This document shows positions 23,259-33,370 of a stretch of 64,000 nucleotides of DNA, in pieces. Positions within the stretch are counted from its first letter, which is position 1. The number at the start of each line of letters is the position of its first letter. The DNA comes from Mobula birostris (lineage: Eukaryota). Made by a program: the position numbers and the translations under genes. Below the pieces are notes generated by a model. The model made no database searches, was not told the origin of the DNA, and was given only the letters and a program-made list of their open reading frames with translations. The stretch lies in contig NC_092372.1 of the NCBI RefSeq assembly GCF_030028105.1, forward strand, positions 57,230,034 through 57,294,033, given 5' to 3'.

Positions 23259-25798
23259 TTCAATCGCTCACTGCTATGGGTGGAAGTTCCCACTTGCTTC
23301 AAAAAGGCAACAATTATAACAGTGCCTAAGAAGAATAATATGAGCTGCCTTAATGACTATCGCCCAGTAGCACTCACATCTACAGTGATGAAATGCATTG
23401 AGAGGTTGGTCATGACTAAAATGAACTCCTGCCTCAGTAAGGACCTGAACCCATTGCAATTTTCCTATCGCCACAATAGGTCAACAGCAGACACTAGCTC
23501 AATGGCTCTTCACGCGGCTTTAGACCACCTGGGTAACACAAACACTTATGTCAGGATGCTGGTCATCGACTATAGCTCAGCATTTAACACCATCATTCCC
23601 ACAATCCTGATTGAGAAGTTGCAGAACCTGGGCCTCTGTACCTCCCACTGCAATTGGATCCTTGACTTCATAACTGGAAGACCACAATCTGTGCAGATTA
23701 GTGATAATGTCTCCTCATTGATGATCAACACTGGTGCACCTCAGGAGTGTGTGATTAGCCCATTACTCTACTTTCTCTATACCCATGAATGTGTGTCTAG
23801 GCATAGCTCAAATACCATCTATAAACTTGCTGATGATACAACCATTGTTGGTAGAATCTCAGATGGTGATGAGAGGGCGTACAGGAATGAGAAATGCAAC
23901 TAGTGGAGTGGTGTTGCAGCAATAACCTGGCACTCAACGTCAGTAAGACGAAAGAGCTGATTGTGGACTTTAGAAAGGGTAAGATGAAGGAACACATACC
24001 AATCCTCATAGGGGGATCAGAAGTGGAGAGAGTGAAGAGTTTCAAGTTCTTGGGTGTCAAGATCTCTGAGGACCTAACCTGGTCCCGACATATCGATGCA
24101 GTCATAAAGAAGTCAAGACAGTAACTATACTTCATTAGGAGTTTGAAGAGATTGGTATGTCAACAAATACTCTCAAAAATTTCCATAGATGTACAGTGGA
24201 CAGTATTCTGACAGGCTGCATCACTGTCTGGTATGGGGGGGGGGGTGCTACTGCACAGGGCTGGAAGAAGCTGCACAGGGTTGTAAATTTAGTCAGCTAC
24301 AAAGTACCCAGGACATCTTCAAGGAGCAGTTTCTCAGAAAGGACATTATTAAGGATGTCCAGCGCCCAGGGCATGCCATTTTCTCACTGTTACCATCAGG
24401 TAGGAGATACAGTAGCCTGAAGGTACACACTCAGCAATTCAGGAACAGCTTCTTCCCCTCTGCCATTCAATTCCTAAATGGACATTGAACCTGTGGACAC
24501 TACCTCACTTTTTTAATACATATTTTTTTCTGTTTTTTGCACAATTTTTAATCTATTCACTATGTATATATGTACTCGAATCCTCTTGCTATAAATGCCA
24601 GCATATCATTCACCTTTTTCACCGCCTGCTGTACCTGCATGCCCACTTTCAATGACTGGTGTATATTGACACCCAGGTCTCGTTGCACCTCCCCTTTTCC
24701 TAATCGGCCACCATTCAGATAATAATCTGTTTTCCTGTTTTTTACCACCAAAGTGGATAACTTCACATTTATCCACATTAAATTGCATCTGCCATGAATT
24801 TGCCCGATAGGTTAGGTGAGTGGGCAAATTCATGGCAGATGCAATTTAATGTGGATAAATCTGAGGTTATCCACTTTGGTGGCAAAAACAGGAAAACAGA
24901 TTATTATCTGAATGGTGGCCGATTAGGAAAAGGGGAGGTGCAACGAGATCTGGGTGTCATTATACACCAGTCATTGAAAGTGGGCATGCAGGTACAGCAG
25001 GCGGTGAAAAAGGCGAATGGTATGCTGGCATTCATAGCTAGAGGATTCGAGTACAGGAGCAGGGAGGTACTACTGCAGTTGTACAAGGCCTTGGTGAGAC
25101 CACACCTGGAGTATTGTGTGCAGTTTTGGTCCCCTAATCTGAGGAAAGACATCCTTGCCATAGAGGGAGTACAAAGAAGGTTCACCAGATTGATTCCTGG
25201 GATGGCAGGACTTTCATATGATGAAAGACTGGATGAACTAGGCTTATACTCGTTGGAATTTAGAAGATTGAGGGGGGATCTGATTGAAACGTATAAAATC
25301 CTAAAGGGATTGGACAGGCTAGATGCAGGAAGATTGTTCCCGATGTTGGGGAAGTCCAGAACGAAAAGTCACAGTTTGAGGATAAAGGGGAAGCCTTTTA
25401 GGACCGAGATTAGGAAAAACTTCTTCACACAGAGAGTGGCAAATCTGTGGAATTCTCTGCCACAGGAAACAGTTGAGGCCAGTTCATTGGTTATATTTAA
25501 GAGGGAGTTAGATATGGCCCTTGTGGCTAAAGGGATCAGGGGGTATGGAGGGAAGGCTGGTGCAGGGTCCTGAGTTAGATGATCAGCCATGATCATATTG
25601 AATGGCGGTGCAGATTCGAAGGACCGAATGGCCTACTCCTGCACCTATTTTCTATGTTTCTATGTTTTTATTATTTATTTATTATTATTTTTTTTTTTTT
25701 TCTTTCTTCTATGTTATGTATTGCATTGAACTGCTGCTGCTAAGCTAACAACTTCCATGACACATGCCGGTGATAATAAACCTGATTCTGATTCTGAT
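23259..25798 (+). mobile_element. Rex1/Babar LINE (RT to 3' tail), tail interrupted by CR1
   Basis: 215-aa ORF with [28 protein letters not shown]; tail aataaacctgattctgattctgat. Confidence 0.92.
24571..25667 (+). mobile_element. Young CR1 3' part with a 5' fold-back inverted duplication
   Basis: Uninterrupted 259-aa ORF 24794-25573 (CR1 ORF2 C-terminus); 24571-24805 is the reverse complement of 24822-25055. Confidence 0.93.
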
Positions 25799-28269
25799 TG
25801 TGTCTTACGGCCACAGAAGTGCATGTGACTGTCACTAGTTAGAATCTGTTTGGCAACAGTGTCCTGCCCCAATTAAGCAGCAAAGTGCTCCAAATAAATG
25901 GAGGAAATCCTGGCTAGTTTCTCAATTAGTTTTTGGTCTTTAATAGTTGTCCCAAATAAACAGCTGCCCTGATCAACTTATGACCCAATTAGCCGGAATC
26001 CACTGTATTTGAAAGATAAAGGAATTGAAGGTTATGGGGAAGGGGCATAGAAGAGGAATTGATATCAGCATAGATTAATCATAATCATATCAAATAGTGG
26101 GCAGATTTGAGGGTTTGGTGATTTACTTCTGCCCCTGTTATCTGGTGTTCTCATGTTCTTTGCAATAAGTATATTGGCCATCATCATTTTTTTGATATCA
26201 ATTTTTCTAAAAAATGCTTTCGTTTGTAATACTGGATTTAGCAAAACCAATCATAGATTTTAATATGTGACAAACTATTTCAATGTCTAAAGTGTGTCAT
26301 CAGAATCTTGAGTGCAAGAAGATGTGAGATAAAAACCACATGTGTGCAATGTAGATAAATCTGACAGGACATTCAAAAATTAAGTGTGAAGCGATCAAGG
26401 CAGAAAATAAACTGATGTTAAAGCTTTTGGCACTGCATGAAACCAACTTATTGTTACTTGTTTCAGAGTTTTACTCATCAAGTTTCAGGGAAACTGTGAA
26501 ACTCTGCCTGGAGCACTGGGAACGGATTGGTTTCAGCCAAAGTTTTTTTCTAATTTTCTCAGTTGATTGCTCATCGGCAGAATCTATAAATGCTGCTGGC
26601 ATACAATGAATTTCTCTAATGAAATGTTGTATAAATTACTGATCCATTAACTGCTGTATTATTTTCTCATTACCAAACTTACATTGCTACAATCAACACT
26701 GGAACTCACCAGAATGGCAATAAAAGAACAAATGCCCAATGCTTTGGATACTCTGCTATAACCAAGATACTCCTCAATTTCTGAAGCAGAAAACAAGTTC
26801 AGTTAATGAACTAATATACTTGAAGCTTGATTGGATTACCTGTGAAAGGTGGTAACAGCCAGAATCAGAATTTTCCAAATTTAAACTGCTTCAGGCCTCA
26901 GATAGGTGAGCAGACAATACAATACATAATACAATGTGTCCACTCATAATATCACCAAAAGAAAAGGAGCAACAATGTGTGGTTTAACTCTTAACCTGTC
27001 ACTTAGGATTTTAGATCACAGCTGACCTATATAGTTCAACATTGTTTGCATTCCTATGTTGCATATACTATTGACATTTCATAATAAATTGGCAGCCCCT
27101 TATAATGTCCACATTCTGTACCCAAATCTTAACATTAGACTTGAGAGTAAAACTTTGCACTCTATACGCTCCTACATTACTGATGTCACTTTACTTTTCC
27201 TCCTTGTGTAGTCTTCACAGACATTAACTGGTTACAAAATCAGAGTGAATAAAAGATAATCCGAGATTAGAGAAAGGTTGACAGGAAATGCAGCAGAAGT
27301 CCAATATAATAAGTCAAATACTGGTGGTGATAATAAAATTGTCAAGAATTGTCAAGGAAACAACTTTGGTCACATGTGAAAATCTGTCACTGATCCTAGG
27401 CATTTCCAAAGAAAACTAATGTGTTATTGAGATATAGATTGAACATGCTGCGGGATGCACTTATGTAATTAAGAATCTTATTTAAAATGCTTGCATGAAG
27501 AAGATTAGTCAACCCACAGAAAAAAAATCTTTTTGTAAATGGGGTAACGAACAAGGGAATAGAATCAAATCAAAATTACAGTCAGAAGAAACACCATAAA
27601 AGAAACAAACACATTTTGTTTTATATTTTGACAAAAAGTTTAAGATAATCTTCAATTACATTGCTCTGGCTATCTATACTTATATGGTTTCAAGCAATTT
27701 AAATTAACTAAAGAAATGGTTAAATATTAGTCTATAGATACTAGGCAGTTGCAAGTTTAACAGGTTGCTCACGTAGTCTTGAGCCATGAATTTAAAGCAG
27801 GTAGGGTCAAAGATCTGTACTGAACTATCAGTCTCAGTTTTGATGTATTCATGCTTTCAGTGGTCTTCGAACCTCTAATAGTGGTTCCTGCAGTGACCTC
27901 TGGTGGACTGCATGCATAATGAAGAACGAGGACACGTTCTGGTTCACCTGTTAGACCCTCAGTGTGCAATGTTAAATAACAACATTCACTGTCAGAAGCT
28001 GCAGAAGGTGTTGAGAAGCTACTATCACACAAGAAAAAATATCTCAGCTTGGGTCAAAACCTCACCTCGTGAGCTGTGAATAAATGTCCTCTTGCGATTG
28101 AAATAAAACAATATTGAATTTTAACTTCCATGTGTGCTCATTCTGAGAGTAGCAGTTTTATCATTTGATGAATTGGTTACAGGACTAAAATGTGTTTATG
28201 CTGGCTGTCGGTGCAATCCTCTCTATGACAATTCTCCCTGCAACCTACATATGCTCACTATCAATCCGC

Positions 28270-28400
28270 TCCACTACTAATTCTCCTACATTTGGGTCAA
28301 TTTACAATTGTCAGTGCACCCAATAACCAGCATATCTTCAGAATATTGGAGGAAACCAGGGCACCTGGAGGAAACCAATGGTCACAGGCAATCTCCACAC
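28270..28400 (-). mobile_element. V-SINE fragment
   Basis: ggaggaaaccagggcacctggaggaaacc is the reverse complement of the V-domain. Confidence 0.6.
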
Positions 28401-29019
28401 ACAAAAAAAAATCAGGGAACAAAATCAACAATGGATCACCAGAGCTGCAAGTTAGCTCCAATACTTGATGTCCCTTCTGGAGTGAAAAGTTCGTGCCTGT
28501 GAGGTTGATCATGAAGTTATGAGATCATTTTAAAGAACTATAAGGTTCATTACTGCCTGTCAGGGAAGGGAATGTGCGAATGTGACCTATGCATGTTTTT
28601 AGGACAGCTCATGCAGTTGAGCCTTATCTGCCCTATGAAATAACCTAGGAAGGCATTCAGTTCTGGATGCATTTAGGGACGGGAAACATGTGGTGGTCTT
28701 GGATGCAGAGTGCACATTCTACAGCTGAATAAATAAAGAAAATGGAATGGCAGTTATTTTGTGTAGAAGAAAGACCAAGAGTTTCAAGCCTGAAGATAGA
28801 TGGGGCTATAGAATTGCCAGAAATGAGTTGGAATAGAAACCCATTAGTGTTGAGTCAGAAATAATTAAGCTGCCATGTTTAGCCCTAAATTTCACATGTG
28901 ATTTAGCATCGAAGACTCAACTTTTGGACTGTGTGGAAATATTTGATCTCAAATTAGTCACTGAATCTCTGATCTAATTGTGTGATGATAATTAAACAGA
29001 CCAGAGAAAAAGAGACCGA

Positions 29020-29752
29020 CTTTGCACTCAATGTCAGTAAGACCAAGGGCTTGATTGTGGGCTTCAGGGAGAAGAAGTCAAGGGAACACACACCAGTCTG
29101 TATTGAGGGGTGAACGGTAGAAGTGGTGAGCAGTTTCAAGTTCCAATGTGTCAACATCTCTGAAGATTTATTCTGGGTCCACCATGCTTGTGCAGTTATG
29201 AAGGTATGTCGGTGGTTATATTTCATTAGGAGTTTGAGGAGGTTTGGTATGCCACTGAAGACTCTAACAAATTTATACATATATTCTGTGAAGAGAATTC
29301 TAACTGGTTGTATTGCCATCTGGAATTGAGGGTCCTCTACACAGGATCGGAAAAAGCTGCCAAGAGTTACAAGCTCAGCCAATTCCATCATGGGCATTAG
29401 CCTTCCCAGCATCAAAGGCATCTTCAAAAGGCAATGCTTCAAAAAGGTAGAATCCCTCATTAAGGACATCAGAGAGGAGCTACAGGAGCCTGAAGACACA
29501 CACTCAACAGTTTAGGAACAGCTTCTTCAGCTTTGCCATCAGATTTCTGAAAGGGCAATGAACCAACCCATGAACACTACCTCAATATTTTTGTTTCTCT
29601 TGTTGTACTATCTATTTAATTTACTTTTAAAATAAATAAATTTCTCATTGTAATGTGTTGTATTTTTTATGTATTGCACTGTACTGCTGCCACAAAACAC
29701 CAAATTTCACAACATATGTCAGTAATATTAAACCTAATGCTGATTCTGATAT
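29020..29752 (+). mobile_element. Rex1/Babar 3' fragment
   Basis: VSSFKF..VNISEDL.W, LYFIRSLRRFGM, ILTGCI..W; typical tail. Confidence 0.85.
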
Positions 29753-30274
29753 CAGATGAAAGAAAAAGAAAATCAACAGAAAAAAAATGCTGATAACAAT
29801 TGTCAAGTAAAGTAGTATTATATCGTTATTAATGTGGGGCATTCAAGAATTAATTCCCAAATTGATTGCAAACTCAATTCACACAGAACTCAGTTTGAAA
29901 ATTTACATCAGAGATATCAGAAAAGATGTACTTAACAGTCTTGAATCTAATGAAGTATTTCTTAGGTGATACCAAATTACATGAAGTCAAAGTTTCACTT
30001 TGATACAGTACGATGAATTAAAATCTGTAGAACATATTCAAGCACAAAATGAATTACCACTGACCAGTGAAAAGATTTAATTCAGAATGCTGACAAACCT
30101 GATTAAAGTTGAACTAAACCTTGTGGCAGAACATTCTGTCTTCAATCATAAAGAGAACAATTGCCATATTATAAAATATACCTTTTACCTTGTTACATGC
30201 GATTCCTAACAAGTGGTTGGGCAGGCTAAGTCTTTATTCATTTTTTCCATTTTCAAATATGATGATTGTGTTTG

Positions 30275-31260
30275 AATTACAGAGGGAACTGTTCAGTTAG
30301 GGAAGTGGGCCGAGAAATGGCAAATGGATTTCAATGTAACGTATGCATTTTGGAAAGTCAGACCAGCGTAGGTTATTACAATAAATGGTAGGGCACTAGG
30401 GTGTGTAATGAAAGAGTGCATAGTTTGTCGAAAGTTTCATCACAAGTAGAGAGGATGGTGAAAAAGGCATTAAGCACATTTGCCTTCATCGGCCAAGGCA
30501 TTGAGTATAGAGGGTGTGACATTATGTTGCAGTTGTACAAGTTGTTGATGAGGGTGCACTTGAAGTATTGTGTACAGTTTTGGTTGCCCTGTTATAGGGA
30601 AGATGTGGAAAGAATGCAGAAAAGATGCTATGACGACAAGAAGGAATGAGTCATGAGAAGTGGTTGGGCAGGCTAAGTCTTTGTTCCTAGGCTTGTAGAA
30701 GAATGAAGGGAGAACATATCAAAACGCTTACAATTTTGAGAGACATAGATATGGTGGATGTTAACGTACACAAAATGCTGGGGGAACTCAACAGGTCAAA
30801 CAGCATCTATGGAGAGAAATAAACAGTTGATGTTTTGGGCTTAGACCCTTTATCAAGACGTGATCTCACTCTGAAGCATTGACTGTTTATTCATAGATGC
30901 TGCTTGACCTGGTGACTTCCTGCAGTATTCTGTATGAATTCCAGCATATGCAGGATCCATTGTGTCTCTAAGGTAAATGGTAACAGTCTTTTCCTCATGG
31001 TAAAGAAGTCCAAAACTGTAGGGCATAAGTTCAGGGTGAAAGGGGAGAGATTTATGAGGGACCTCAGGGACAACCTTTTCACACAAAAGGTGGGTATATG
31101 GAATAATGAAGTGGTTGAGTCAAGTACAATAGTAAAGAAGCATTTGAATGGGTACATGGTTAGAGGGAGATGGACAAAGTTCAGGAAATAGCTGGGTGAG
31201 CAATGGACTGGTTGGGTTAAATGACCTGTATCCATGCTGTGTTGCTCTATGACTCTGTAT
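30275..31260 (+). mobile_element. Old CR1 3' fragment
   Basis: MLQLYKLLMRVHLKYCVQFWLP, GHKFRVKGERF..DLR.NLFTQKV; ctctatgactct tail. Confidence 0.85.
30766..30968. mobile_element. Second PLE terminal-repeat fold-back insert
   Basis: Forward arm (cacaaaatgctg...agcatctat...aaacagttga) and reverse arm (ttgactgttt..atagatgctg...); degenerate ~16-bp duplication of CR1 host sequence at the flanks. Confidence 0.7.
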
Positions 31261-31589
31261 AAAGTTTTCTTTTCATATAGAAAATGGAAGTAGGAGGCTG
31301 CATGTTGCCTTAAATTTACATTCACCAGTAAAGGGAACATTCTTAAAATGTCCATCAGTCTTCAAGAGAAGCTATTTTATGAAAAAGTTTGCATATATAC
31401 TGTCAAAATATGCTCACCAAAACACCTCACTGGAATTACTGGCCTGAAACCAGCCGTGGTTACATTGTACAACATAGGAGTTGTGAAACAAAGTTTTGAA
31501 GAAGGTGTTACAATTGCACAAGGGTATGCTCATGCCTATTAAGAAAAGGTTATGTTGTTAAGATCCTGTTGCTTACATCAGTGGTGGAA

Positions 31590-32445
31590 AACCTAATGGA
31601 GAGGATTCTTAGGGATAAGAATTATGAGCATTTGGAGGGGCATAGTCTGATTAGGGATAGTCAACATGGCTTTGTGAGGGCCACTGAATGAGTTTTTCGA
31701 GGAAGTATCAAAACAAGTTGATGAATGTAGAGCAGTGGATGTGATGGATTTGGAGTTTAGTAAGGCATTTAACAAGAGTAAGGAAAGGAAAGCTCATCCA
31801 GAAAATCATGAGACATGGGATCCAGGGAACCTTAGCAGCATGGATCCAGAATTGGCTTGCACACAGAAAATAGACGATGGTAGAAGATGGAGTATATTGT
31901 TCTGTGCCCCCTGTTCTTGAACTTTAAAAATGATTTTGGATGAGTCCATGGTGTTATGGATTGTGTAGAAGTTTTCCATAGGCTCGAACAGGACATAGAC
32001 AGGGGTCAAAGCTTGCTGGGAAGTTCTGGATTGAGTTCAATCCAGAAATGTGTGAAGTTATACAGTCAGTAAAGTCAAGCTTAAAGGCTGAGTACAAGGT
32101 TAATGGAGAAAAAGGAGGATTCTAGTGTCCATGTCCATGCACCCTCAAAGTTGTTACCTTATTTGAAATGGTGGTTAAGAAGGCAAATGGTGTGTTGCCT
32201 TTATTAGTTAGGGTACTGAGTTTAAGGTAATGTTGCAGCATTATAAAACTTTGACTAGACTGGATTTGTTCATTTCTGGTTACCTCATTATACGAAGAAT
32301 GTAGAACCATTAGAGTGGGTACAAAGGAGATTTATCTGGATGCTGCCTGGATCAGAGAAATGTCTTTGAGGAGGAGATTAAAAGGCTGGGACAATATCTT
32401 CAGATGAAGGGCTCATTCTGTGCTGTACTGTTCTGTGTTTTATGT
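31590..32445 (+). mobile_element. Heavily deleted CR1 RT/3' fragment
   Basis: DVMDLEFSKAFNK and a CR1 tail. Confidence 0.75.
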
Positions 32446-32531
32446 GCAATGTTATTACTTAGGTCAGATACATTTGCTTTTGCCCCACTTCTAACCTTGG
32501 CTGCCAGGTGGCAAGTCACTTTTCATCTTAA

Positions 32532-32808
32532 ACACGAGGAATTCTGCAGATGCTGGAAATTCAAGCAACACACATCAAAGTTGCTGGTGAACGCAGCAGG
32601 TCAGGCAGCATCTCTAGAAAGAGGTACAGTCGACGTTTCAGACCGAGACCCTTTGTCAGGACTAACTGAAGGAAGAGCTAGTAAGAGATTTGAAAGTGGG
32701 AGGGGGAGGGGGAGGTCCAAAATGATAGAAGAAGACAGGAGGGGGAGGGATGGAGCCAAGAGCTGGACAGGTGATTGGCAAAGGGGATACGAGAGGATCA
32801 TGGGACAG
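32532..32808 (-). mobile_element. PLE terminal repeat (young) containing a minimal hammerhead-like motif at 32628-32662
   Basis: Minus strand reads agtc-CTGACAA-agggtctcggtct-GAAAC-GTC-gact; ATCTTAA direct repeats at the flanks. Confidence 0.8.
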
Positions 32809-33019
32809 ATCTTAATTCACCTTAATTCATATTGAAGTTCCTGAAGTGATGGGCTAATTGTGTCCACCATTTTCTTTCTTGTACCTTAACCTCGTCTTAA
32901 AACTTCATCAACCTAGCCTGCCACAGGAATCTGAGGAAAATCCTTCCCCTGCCTGTCCGAACATTACTGTGGCTAATCCCTCAACTGTAGCCCACTCCAG
33001 TGTAGATCTCTGAGCTACT

Positions 33020-33370
33020 CTTTCTTTATTGCTTCCTTCTGTTTGACTCCCCTTTCTGCGGTATCCCATTACTCTTACTCTACACCCCCTTCTGGTGCTC
33101 GTCCGTGCATTGTTGCCCTCTCTGTTACTCCCCCTGCAAATATCCTCTATACTATTTTTATTTCTGTTGCATCTCTTTTTTTGATACCCTTTCTGCTGTA
33201 TCTTTCCCTATTGCTCTGCATTCTGCTTTTCTTCCTCTATCCTCTGTCCCCTTCACACCTCTCCTCCTCTTCCTTTCTTTCTGTACAGCTTCTTTCACTC
33301 TTTGTCCCTCCTTGTATTTCCTGTTCCCCATACTTTCCTGTTCCTCCAATCACGGCTCCTCATTCCCTGA
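33020..33370 (+). repeat. Pyrimidine-rich low-complexity tract
   Basis: About 350 bp dominated by C/T on the plus strand. Confidence 0.8.

Larger units (their letters stand above)
20723..26005 (-). mobile_element. Tigger/pogo DNA transposon remnant carrying nested LINEs
   Basis: TIRs caatggtttccaattaattggg / cccaattagccggaatccactg with TA on both sides; transposase C-terminal motif FVTDSWREISSKTIQNCFAHC in ORF 22781-23218. Confidence 0.85.
17510..26160 (+). mobile_element. Old CR1 3' half in three pieces (17510-17884, 20411-20720, 26008-26160) hosting nested insertions
   Basis: CR1 text is collinear across the breaks (ttcctgggctaga|...|tagaggaaagggttgtcc; ggagatgataatta|...|tttgaaagataaagg). 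Confidence 0.7.

Noticed and set aside
24794-25573. Longest clean ORF (259 aa) as a domesticated gene
   Set aside because: It is the C-terminus of a young CR1 ORF2; its ATG comes from the inverted arm.
27769-28032. 87-aa minus-strand ORF with possible splice sites
   Set aside because: Weak acceptor and no recognisable protein family; cannot be supported as an exon.
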